Shown piece by piece: positions 53,331-62,084 of a stretch of DNA of 64,000 nt. The number at the start of each line of letters is the position of its first letter. Within the stretch, counting starts at the first letter, position 1. This stretch comes from Thermoplasmatota archaeon (GTDB lineage: Archaea > Thermoplasmatota > Poseidoniia > Poseidoniales > Thalassarchaeaceae): NCBI GenBank assembly GCA_036138175.1, contig JAZAAK010000010.1, positions 1,229 through 65,228 on the forward strand, read 5' to 3'. A program made the translations under genes and the position numbers. The notes beneath the pieces are model-generated. The model ran no database searches, had not been told where the DNA came from, and worked only from the letters and a program-made list of their open reading frames with translations.

Positions 53331-53378
53331 GATCACTTTGTACAATATTCCGTACCCTATGATTGAATTGAGTTCGGC

Positions 53379-56300
53379 TCAGTCGTTGTCGAATTCGTCA
53401 TCTAGTTCTCTAGGGTCGAAGGTCGACCATGACTCAATCATCTCTAAGTCTCGGCGTATTGCTTCATTCCTATTTTTCTGATAGACCATGCCGAGCAATA
53501 TGAGCACCACTACTACAGCAATAACGTATGGAAGTCCACTACCCGCTATCCAAGATACTAATGAGGTAGTTTGGGGTTCCTCAACTGAGATAGTTTCTAT
53601 CAAGGCAGGACTGGTGAATTCACCATCTACTGCCCATACCTCAACATTGACCCAACCCTCTTCTTCGATTAGCCAAGTACCGACGTAGGTCCAAATTCCG
53701 TCTCCGGCGACATCATCGCCTCGCGTTCCATCGTCTTGGAAAATTAAAGTCAATTCTGAACCACTAATTTTCATCACTCCTCTAACCACCTGAGTAGTAC
53801 CATCAGCGTCATCGAGATTGACCGTGATTCTCATTTGAGTTGGACTGTCCATTTCGATCTCATTTGGTACAATCATCATTTCACTTAGAATCGGTGAAGA
53901 TGCCCCGATGGTCAGATTGACCGATGTTGTCGAAGACGCTCCTCTCGAGTCTTTGACTAGCAGGTCAATTCGAATAAGTCCGGGAGTGAATCCAACTTCC
54001 ATAATTTCCCTGTTACCAATTGTTTGACCGTCTCCTGTGGTCCATTGGTAGAGAACTATATCATCATCATAATCAAATGATTGAGAGCCATCTAGAGTAA
54101 TCATAGAACCTGGAGGAATGTATTGACCATCGAGTAATCCATCGATTATTGCAACAGGTCCGGTCTGCATTACAAATAGAGTTTGAGTGTGACTGCGGAT
54201 CCTTTCTGTTGAATCCCTGAGTTCGAAAGTTAGTCGATGTTCACCCGCTGGAAGATAATCATTGTACCAGTATTCATTCGTCTTATCCTGCAGAATTGGT
54301 TCAGTTAATAAGTCCGAGGTTACCGTAACCGTGAAATCATCTCCATCCGGGTCAAATGACTGTCTGAAATCGAATAACACTGGAGCATTTGAATATACTT
54401 CAACGTCAGCAATAGGTGAATCTAGGATAAGGACTGGAGCTGATTCCTCGACTCTTACAACTATCGATGAAGTATCTACTTCTGATGAGCCGTCGTCTAT
54501 AGTCAAGGTCACTGTGTGATACCCTTTTGGCAATCTGGAATCAATAACCCATCCACTTCCTATTGGTTCTAGCATTCTATCTGAAGTCCAAACTACACTT
54601 ACCAAATCCTTGCTTGATGCGGCGGTTGGACTGCAAACTAATCCACTGCCGTTGTCCGGTAAATCGCTACAAGCCAAATCCCAGTCTCCTGACCCTGTGG
54701 CATCGAAGCGAATGACTTCACTAGAATCGGTAAGTGTCTGATCGGCTGGTTGAGCGATGACTGAAATCGGAGCCGAGTTTTTTACGCTTACTTGTTCAGT
54801 TATTGAGTTCCATGTGCTAACATGCCCAGGTCTATCGTCACTGGTGTACATGGTAATTGTATGCAATCCTTTGGTCAACCAACCTTGCCATTCGATTTCA
54901 TCGTCCGGAGTTACGCCGGAAGTGAGCAATCCATCTAAGTCACTCCAGAATTCAAAGCGAACCTCATCGCCTTCAGGATCCGTCACCATAGAGCCATCCA
55001 ATAAGATGAGGTTATCTGAGGCCTCGCTGGCTCGTATTACCTCAAATTCTGGCACCGGAATTTCATTGAATAATTTTACATCAAAACTCCAAGTTACGTC
55101 TGGATTATTTCCATCTGAAAGATAAATTGTCAGAGTAAACTGGGTTGGTGCACCCGGGAAATCTATGTCAAAAATCATCGGGCAACCCTGATCGGTTGCT
55201 GTAGAGAAACCGTAATTTGTTTCAATCCAACAGGTTAGTTCATCGCCTTCTGGATCACTGCTTCCCTCGAGTGAAATTGTTGCATTTGCAGTCCGACCAA
55301 GGTGCATTATTCCCCAAGAGGAGATACTCGGGGAAGTAGAAACGGACAATGAAGGAGGGCGATTAAAGAGCTCAATTGTTCGGCTTTCGCTAACGCATTG
55401 ATTTCCACTATCGCAAACTTCCAAGGTAATTTCCTGTTCACCATCAGATAAGCAACCATCAGCAGTTTCAGGAGGGTTATTGGCAACTATGAATGAGCCA
55501 TTGTTTCCGGAGGGTAAGGTGCCAAAACAAGATGATAATAAATCACCATCTATGCTACTAGTCCATGTGTAGGTTAATCGATCATCATCTAAATCCCATG
55601 AGTTACTAGCATCGAAAATAACTGAAGAACCACTTGGGAATTCTTCCTCATCCTCAGGTGTAGACCAAATGATGAATGGAGGTTGATTGGTTAATTCAAG
55701 CCTGCAATACACCAACAAATCATCATCCAAAATTATCGATGCAGAATCGTTGTGTACCCCGTCATAGTCACATCCGACATAGGCTGTATTGTCAGCTGAC
55801 CAGCCTTGAGAAGGAATCCATCGATTTCCAACATAAGGCCCTAGTGTCTCGAATCCATGATACGGCAGGTTGGCTGATTGATCTGCTTCCCAAGATGAAA
55901 ATGAGAGGTTGATTTCAGCGTGTGGTATATGTCTCAATAACTGATTTATTGCGTGGACTTCAATGAACCACATGATGTCCAGAATACTGTCAGAAGCGGT
56001 ATATGTTGGATCGGAAATAGGACTGGAGGAAATCCAACGAACATGGCTTGAAGATTCTAAATGGAAGGTAGTTTCATGCCCAGTTCCTGGAATAAAGCCA
56101 GAATCTGTGAAATTAACAAAGCTGGACTCGACTGTAGGCTTGGAACCTGTTGCACAAGCCAATCCTAGGTTATTGACTACTAGTTCGGAATGGTCAACTA
56201 TATCAAAACATGAACCACCATTACCTGAGATTATGCTGGAAGATAGGTAGGAGGTAATCATATCGCCAGCACTCCAAAATATACCTTCATTATCTCCTGA

Positions 56301-58034
56301 AAGATCGAGACCATGAATTTCTGCATTTACGTCTTGCAATTGAATTGCATAATTCGATTGATTGAGATTTATTCTCATATCATCGATAATTACCATTCCA
56401 TCTCTGGGAAGGCCGCTGTTGTCGATATCCACGGCTGGACCAGTTAGTGGATCGTGAACCTCTACTGCGAGTAATTGTAAATCTATACTATCCCTAGCGA
56501 CTATCCCATGCTGATCTGCATCTGAAATACATGTAAAGCAGGAGACGTTCTTTCCTCCACTCATCACGTCATTAGCTTCATGGAAATATAGCCCTGCCCC
56601 ATTTTCAGGTAAGCTAGAACCAATGCCATTTCCGGATGTAAGAACATAAGATAATTCGACATTGCTAGAGTCTCTAACCGATACTCCATGACCTGCATTA
56701 TCTAAACTTCTGAGGATTGTTACCTGAGGATGGAATTCTCGGAAATCAACACCACTAGCACCGTTATTCGATGCCCACCAATCCTGACCCATTGCACCCC
56801 CCTTCCACAATAGAATACCGGGTCCAGTGGAGTTAGTAACTACTAGGTCATTGATTACCGGTGCCCAGTTAACACTACGAAGGAATAATCCTGCTCTATC
56901 ATTTATCGGGGTGTTTGCAAGTGGCTTCCCATTATTGTTTAATTCCAGTCCATTAATGATTGTTGAAGAGCCGATTAAGTATGCTTTGAAGCCGACAACT
57001 GGATTATCTTCGATTAAGGCATTGTCAACTATAACACCACTTGTATTGACTTCAAATGCTGAAAAGCCCAAGCCTGAAGTTTTAGCATTCACACCACCGG
57101 TTCCACGAATAGTTAAATCATCGAAAACTGCGTGAGCTGGTAAATTACTAAATTGGCTATGATTATACTGCTCAACCAATACCCCACGATACATACTGTC
57201 CTCGATGACAACCCTTTGGAAAGTTGGCCGAGTAACCCAGCCATCAGTGATATGTCGAACAAAAATGCCATTGTCCGAACGCTGGATATCCACATCGGTA
57301 ATCAGAGGCCTTGAGTCTTCAATCCAAATACCAGTTCCAACAGCAAGGGTCGACCCTGAAATATTGCTAATTTCTAAGTTTGATAGTAAGCCACCCGAAT
57401 TACCCCAATAATTCACAGCACGGGTGATTAAACCATCAGCGTTTAGGCCGTTGAGAATTGGTGCAGAATTGGCTCCCACAGAGAGTCCTATGCCATATCT
57501 CCAACTACTAGAGAAACCGTGGACATCTTGACCACCTCCATTGATTTCTAGATTATTTATTTTTGGAGTTGCTCCATCAAATAGGTCAACTGCGACCCTG
57601 TCGGCATTCTGGACAATAATATCTGTTAATTCTGGGTTTGAACCATAGATTGTGATACCAAATTCAGCATCTGTAATTGTCAGGTTTTCGATACTTGACC
57701 CAAGCCCTTGACTGGATTGGTTGAATATGATTCCATCATGCTTCCCAAGAATTGATTCTAGAATTACAGGATCGTCTTCAGTACCTTCAATCATGATTCT
57801 ACCATCTACGGTAAGGTCCTCATCCGAACCCAACCGAATTGTTGTTCCTTCCTGTACAATTAAGACATCTTGAGCGCCTACGATATAACCTTCTGGAAGG
57901 AGGACTATTCCTGACCAAACGGTTGTGGTTTTACTATTTGCTGCATTAGCGGCAATAGGTAGACTATAGGATATGACTAACAATGCGATTAGAAACATTG
58001 CGAGGCCGGATGACCTACCTTCCCTCGCCTGCAT
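53379..58034 (-). CDS. giant (1551 aa) secreted, C-terminally anchored protein with parallel beta-helix repeats and about six PKD-like modules
   Basis: ATG at 58034. Signal peptide LAMFLIALLVISYSLPIAANA. About 700 aa of beta-helix-like turns (ITDAEFGITIYGSNPELTDIIVQN, ISNISGSTLAVGTGIWIEDS...). PKD-like VIFDASNSWDLDDDRLTYTW, ITLDGSQSFDYDDDIVLYQW and others. TM LPYVIAVVVVLILLGMVY. Acidic tail ending DDEFDND. Confidence 0.85.
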   Translation of the reverse strand: MQAREGRSSGLAMFLIALLVISYSLPIAANAANSKTTTVWSGIVLLPEGYIVGAQDVLIVQEGTTIRLGSDEDLTVDGRIMIEGTEDDPVILESILGKHDGIIFNQSSQGLGSSIENLTITDAEFGITIYGSNPELTDIIVQNADRVAVDLFDGATPKINNLEINGGGQDVHGFSSSWRYGIGLSVGANSAPILNGLNADGLITRAVNYWGNSGGLLSNLEISNISGSTLAVGTGIWIEDSRPLITDVDIQRSDNGIFVRHITDGWVTRPTFQRVVIEDSMYRGVLVEQYNHSQFSNLPAHAVFDDLTIRGTGGVNAKTSGLGFSAFEVNTSGVIVDNALIEDNPVVGFKAYLIGSSTIINGLELNNNGKPLANTPINDRAGLFLRSVNWAPVINDLVVTNSTGPGILLWKGGAMGQDWWASNNGASGVDFREFHPQVTILRSLDNAGHGVSVRDSSNVELSYVLTSGNGIGSSLPENGAGLYFHEANDVMSGGKNVSCFTCISDADQHGIVARDSIDLQLLAVEVHDPLTGPAVDIDNSGLPRDGMVIIDDMRINLNQSNYAIQLQDVNAEIHGLDLSGDNEGIFWSAGDMITSYLSSSIISGNGGSCFDIVDHSELVVNNLGLACATGSKPTVESSFVNFTDSGFIPGTGHETTFHLESSSHVRWISSSPISDPTYTASDSILDIMWFIEVHAINQLLRHIPHAEINLSFSSWEADQSANLPYHGFETLGPYVGNRWIPSQGWSADNTAYVGCDYDGVHNDSASIILDDDLLVYCRLELTNQPPFIIWSTPEDEEEFPSGSSVIFDASNSWDLDDDRLTYTWTSSIDGDLLSSCFGTLPSGNNGSFIVANNPPETADGCLSDGEQEITLEVCDSGNQCVSESRTIELFNRPPSLSVSTSPSISSWGIMHLGRTANATISLEGSSDPEGDELTCWIETNYGFSTATDQGCPMIFDIDFPGAPTQFTLTIYLSDGNNPDVTWSFDVKLFNEIPVPEFEVIRASEASDNLILLDGSMVTDPEGDEVRFEFWSDLDGLLTSGVTPDDEIEWQGWLTKGLHTITMYTSDDRPGHVSTWNSITEQVSVKNSAPISVIAQPADQTLTDSSEVIRFDATGSGDWDLACSDLPDNGSGLVCSPTAASSKDLVSVVWTSDRMLEPIGSGWVIDSRLPKGYHTVTLTIDDGSSEVDTSSIVVRVEESAPVLILDSPIADVEVYSNAPVLFDFRQSFDPDGDDFTVTVTSDLLTEPILQDKTNEYWYNDYLPAGEHRLTFELRDSTERIRSHTQTLFVMQTGPVAIIDGLLDGQYIPPGSMITLDGSQSFDYDDDIVLYQWTTGDGQTIGNREIMEVGFTPGLIRIDLLVKDSRGASSTTSVNLTIGASSPILSEMMIVPNEIEMDSPTQMRITVNLDDADGTTQVVRGVMKISGSELTLIFQDDGTRGDDVAGDGIWTYVGTWLIEEEGWVNVEVWAVDGEFTSPALIETISVEEPQTTSLVSWIAGSGLPYVIAVVVVLILLGMVYQKNRNEAIRRDLEMIESWSTFDPRELDDEFDND

Positions 58035-58147
58035 TGATTAATCGGCTCGCCTCATTCATTGTATTGTTTCCCCCCTGCTGGAAGAGATTAGCATCGGCTA
58101 AATTGGACTAATGGGCGCAGAGATATAGACGATTAGATTCACTTATC

Positions 58148-60301
58148 TCAAAGTGAGCGAGTTAACCTGACTAATAACTCTGAAGCGGCGGCGGGGCACT
58201 CAGCCGATTTGAATCGACTAATCGCTTCTCTCCAGTGGGATAGCCGCATATTTGGCTCGAGCATACCTCTCCAATACCAACGCTGAGCCAGTAATCTTCG
58301 GTGAGATGGGACTTCAGGCCTCAATTCAATTCCGATTGCATTATTGTGGGCGGAGACTAGCCAATCGGGATGGGAAGGTGAGGTTGCTTCAAGTGCAATA
58401 TGAATTGCAATTATTTTGTTGATTGGCTCTACTTCCACATCGATATATTCCCTAGCCTTATCCAAAGATCCCTCGGCTTGTGAAGTGATTAGAGTTCGGA
58501 GATCTATCAAAGCCAATCGTGGATGGTCTTCTCCCATTTGTGCTACCAAAGAGGAACGAACATTGGCTAGGGTTTCGACACTTCCTGACTCTACAGCAAC
58601 CGCGTGTCTAAGCAGGTCGAGTGCGAGACTAGCAGATGCGAAATCAGTGTTTGGAAGTCTAGAGAAATCGACTTCTTCGATTTGTGAACTTTGGACTTTT
58701 GTTGGCTGACCGGGTAACCTATCATCGTGGGCTCGAACCAAGGAGGCAATTTTTGCTCTAACCGCCTCGGCTGGAGATAACGCATCAAGCGCAGATTGTT
58801 CCAATTTTTCGGCCTCTTGTAAATCCCCTTGTTGCCGAGCAAGCCTCGCTTTTCTAATTAATTTCTGAGGGCTATCTGAGATCGAATCTATGTGTTCAGA
58901 GGCGACTTCTGGCTCACCTCTCTCAAAGGCGAGATCGATTGCAGTCAAGCGTAGGTTCTCGTCATCGTTAATCTGTATAGCATCATCAATTACCACCGCT
59001 GCTGCTGCACTATCTTCGAGAGAAATTGTTGCAACATTTTCGGCCAGCCATTCTGTATCGAGTTCGTCTCCTGAATTCAAACGATGATGAGCCTCTATTC
59101 TCCGAGCCCTCAAACCCTCTCTAGTAGACCAAATCTCCGCTGCTTTGCTATGCAAATTTCGTGCTATTTCTTCATCCACAGTCGCTCGTCGAACATTGCG
59201 AATTAGGTGATGGGGCTCTACTAGGCTGTGCATCCACCTGAGAACTGCCGAATCGTCCAATTCTGAGATTCCTTCGGCAACAAATAATTCATCAACGGAT
59301 AGCGGTAATGGTGAGAGGCTAAGTTCGTCCAAGGTACCAAGACCCTCGTTGGTTAATCTTCTCAAAACGGTACTTTGAACAAATTCTTGTACTGCTTGCC
59401 CTTCTTCTGGTATGTCTTCATCTGGAGACCATAGATGCAAGGCTAATGGATGTCCACCCAATGCTTCTGCAACCTGTTCTGCTGATTCACTGTCGATTGA
59501 TTTTGGCAATAATTCGACAGCATCAGTGGTATCCAATCCTTGTATTCTAATTTCTTCAAAACCTGGTAAAGTTCCGAATGGGCTTGGTGCGCGTACTGCC
59601 GCGAGAACTCCTGTGGAAGTTTCAGCGCAGGACGAAAGTAGCGAATGAACAGCACTCAAGTGACGCGGATGTAATTCCTGCACTTCATCGATAATTAGAG
59701 CGGTTTTTTTCCCGCTTGCTGCAGTTGCAATTGCTGCCGGATCACTAGGGGATTCTTTACCTAGCCACATTGAACCTATTGCATAAGCATCGCTGTCAGA
59801 GTTACATGTGGCCCATCGAATTTTGAATCCACGCTCCATCAATAACCCTGCAACGGAGCGTGTAAGGCTAGTTTTTCCGATTCCTGGAAGACCGGTTAAT
59901 TGCAAATTTTCACCAGCCAATAATTTCGTCAATAATGTATCTAATTCATCCTCTCTACCACGAATTTGAATCTGATTTGGCATTGGCCCAATAGCAAGAA
60001 TTTGGGATTTCTCAGGCAATTCTTCCTCGGACAAGAGCTCGGCTCTTTGCCTTCCAGAATCGGTCAAATGTACTACGGTTCGACGACGAGGACCTCCGCC
60101 GATAACATGGGCCGAGCGAGTAGAAATCAAGCCAGAAGCTTCCAACTCTTTCAGAGGGGTATGAATTGCCGAGCGAACTAGCCCGAGATGCTCCGCGAGA
60201 CCAGGGAGAGATAGGGCTCTTGGAGCATCCCAAGCACTTTCTACCTCAACTCCAAAGTCGGCCAAGCGAAGCAATAGACGCCGCTGTGTGTCGCTCAGCA
60301 T
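58148..60301 (-). CDS. STAND-class NTPase (NB-ARC-like) with N-terminal winged-helix domain and C-terminal helical repeats; putative signal-sensing regulator
   Basis: 717 aa, ATG at 60301. wHTH-like LSLPGLAEHLGLVRSAIHTPLKELEASGLISTR. Walker A GLPGIGKTS, Walker B ALIIDEVQEL, GGHPLAL (GxPLAL-like). About 350 aa alpha-helical C-terminal half. Confidence 0.7.
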   Translation of the reverse strand: MLSDTQRRLLLRLADFGVEVESAWDAPRALSLPGLAEHLGLVRSAIHTPLKELEASGLISTRSAHVIGGGPRRRTVVHLTDSGRQRAELLSEEELPEKSQILAIGPMPNQIQIRGREDELDTLLTKLLAGENLQLTGLPGIGKTSLTRSVAGLLMERGFKIRWATCNSDSDAYAIGSMWLGKESPSDPAAIATAASGKKTALIIDEVQELHPRHLSAVHSLLSSCAETSTGVLAAVRAPSPFGTLPGFEEIRIQGLDTTDAVELLPKSIDSESAEQVAEALGGHPLALHLWSPDEDIPEEGQAVQEFVQSTVLRRLTNEGLGTLDELSLSPLPLSVDELFVAEGISELDDSAVLRWMHSLVEPHHLIRNVRRATVDEEIARNLHSKAAEIWSTREGLRARRIEAHHRLNSGDELDTEWLAENVATISLEDSAAAAVVIDDAIQINDDENLRLTAIDLAFERGEPEVASEHIDSISDSPQKLIRKARLARQQGDLQEAEKLEQSALDALSPAEAVRAKIASLVRAHDDRLPGQPTKVQSSQIEEVDFSRLPNTDFASASLALDLLRHAVAVESGSVETLANVRSSLVAQMGEDHPRLALIDLRTLITSQAEGSLDKAREYIDVEVEPINKIIAIHIALEATSPSHPDWLVSAHNNAIGIELRPEVPSHRRLLAQRWYWRGMLEPNMRLSHWREAISRFKSAECPAAASELLVRLTRSL

Positions 60302-60350
60302 GTATCTTCAGCGAGGCCATCAGTTCATGGGCGTTGACCTTTACCGACTC

Positions 60351-62084
60351 ATGCCCATGGCAGTCAATCCAGCCTCTCTCGACCTCCCGCGCAAGCCCGG
60401 AGTCTATCTGTTTAAGCGCGCTGACGGGCGGGTGCAATACGTTGGAAAGGCCACAAATCTACGTTCTCGTGTAGGATCCTATTTTGCGGCGAAACAAAAA
60501 CGAGATAAGGTGCCAAAATTAGTCGCTGAATCAGACGATGTAGAGTATATTGTCACACAGAGTCCGTCAGAAGCGTTAATTCTCGAGAGGCAATTAATCA
60601 GAAAACACAAACCTCGATACAATTCTATGCTGATGGATGACAAATCATACCCATTCATCGCATTCACCGGCCATGAACATCCAAGGGTAATCTATACCCG
60701 CCACCCTCCCAAGGATTCTCAGCGTTGGGGGCCATTTCCAGACGCTGGTGCTGCAAAACAGGTAATTCGACTAATTCGGTCACAATTCGGCATTCGTGAT
60801 TGTCCAGAACTACTGCCTAGCGGATGCCTTGCAATGCATATTGGACTCTGTCATGGACCATGTATAGAGCCAGAAGGATATGACCAACAGGTTAGAGCCG
60901 CTAGTAGTGTACTAGATGGAGATGCAGGGGTGCTAATCGAGGCCTTACAAGAAGAGATGGACAGAGCATCCGCTGAACTTGATTACGAGGTTGCGGCTCA
61001 AAAAAGAGACTTGATTCAAGCAGTAAATACTACCTTATCTCAACAAGTCATTCACTCGAGATTCTACCAGGATTGCGATGCTGTAGGATTCTCTTCAGTT
61101 GGTGAAGTAGCAGTCGTATTGATTCTACACACACAAGATGGGGTAATTCAGGGACAAGTAAGCTATCCTGTTCTTCATCGGGGGGACATCGTGGCGTCCG
61201 TATCACTAGTATTGTCGGAACATTATGCTAATCGAAGGCCTCCAAAGACCTTGCTAGTGCCAGCACCTCTAACCGATTCGATGAACGATTGGCTTAGTGA
61301 AAGAAGAGGAAAGAAAGTGACAGTACGTAATCCTCAGCGGGGTGAATTAGCAAATTTGCGAGCAATGGCAGACGCGAATGCGGAAATTCAGGCAACTCGT
61401 CAGTCAACCAAGAGATCTGGTAACTTGGAACAAATGGCTGCAGACCAAGCCGCAAAGGTGCACGGATTCGACTCACTGGACCACATTGTATGCTTCGACA
61501 TGGCTCAAATTCAGGGTAAAGAAAGAGTAGGGGCCGCCGTGGTATTCCGAAACGGTAGACCATCGAAAAAAGAGTACAGAACATATCGCGTGAAAACCGA
61601 TGTTGAAGATGATTTGAGAATGATGCAAGAAGTTGTTGAACGATGGTTGAAGCGTCAACAGGAGTGGCCGGATTTATTGTTATTAGATGGTGGAGAGACA
61701 CACCTCAAACATATACATGCAATGCTAACATCCCATGGATTGGGTGACCGTTTTCCAATTGCAGCATTGGCTAAGAAAGAAGAAACACTTTGGCGTCCAG
61801 AAGTAGATCCGGTAAAATTAGACAGAAAATCTAGAGTATTGGTTTATGCGAGGGACGAGGCCCATAGATTTGTCAATACATACCACAGAAAACGGCGTTC
61901 AAAGGGCGGTCTGAAGAGCCCTCTCGAAGAAGTCGAAGGTCTTGGAGCAAAGAAAATCCAATCACTATTGCGTCATTTTGGAGGAATGAAGGGAATAGAA
62001 CACGCAACTGAGGCACAATTAGCTGCTACTCCAGGAATTGGTAGGGCTTTGGCACAGCGAATATTCACCCACCTACATGGATGA
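60351..62084 (+). CDS. uvrC: excinuclease ABC subunit C
   Basis: The start is ambiguous, with ATGs at 60300, 60327, 60351 and 60357; the track start at 60288 overlaps the divergent gene. GIY-YIG GVYLFKRADGRVQYVGKATNLRSRVGSYF. UVR motif region ELDYEVAAQKRD. C-terminal (HhH)2 ATPGIGRALAQRIF. Confidence 0.9.
   Translation: MPMAVNPASLDLPRKPGVYLFKRADGRVQYVGKATNLRSRVGSYFAAKQKRDKVPKLVAESDDVEYIVTQSPSEALILERQLIRKHKPRYNSMLMDDKSYPFIAFTGHEHPRVIYTRHPPKDSQRWGPFPDAGAAKQVIRLIRSQFGIRDCPELLPSGCLAMHIGLCHGPCIEPEGYDQQVRAASSVLDGDAGVLIEALQEEMDRASAELDYEVAAQKRDLIQAVNTTLSQQVIHSRFYQDCDAVGFSSVGEVAVVLILHTQDGVIQGQVSYPVLHRGDIVASVSLVLSEHYANRRPPKTLLVPAPLTDSMNDWLSERRGKKVTVRNPQRGELANLRAMADANAEIQATRQSTKRSGNLEQMAADQAAKVHGFDSLDHIVCFDMAQIQGKERVGAAVVFRNGRPSKKEYRTYRVKTDVEDDLRMMQEVVERWLKRQQEWPDLLLLDGGETHLKHIHAMLTSHGLGDRFPIAALAKKEETLWRPEVDPVKLDRKSRVLVYARDEAHRFVNTYHRKRRSKGGLKSPLEEVEGLGAKKIQSLLRHFGGMKGIEHATEAQLAATPGIGRALAQRIFTHLHG

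Noticed and set aside
58148-60301. The P-loop/winged-helix protein as an Orc1/Cdc6 initiator.
   Set aside because: The domain order is reversed (wHTH N-terminal, ATPase central). The GxPLAL motif and the long helical C-terminus fit STAND/NB-ARC rather than Orc1/Cdc6.
61294-61701. 135-aa and 61-aa antisense ORFs inside uvrC.
   Set aside because: UvrC is unambiguous on the plus strand, and the antisense translations have no recognisable features.
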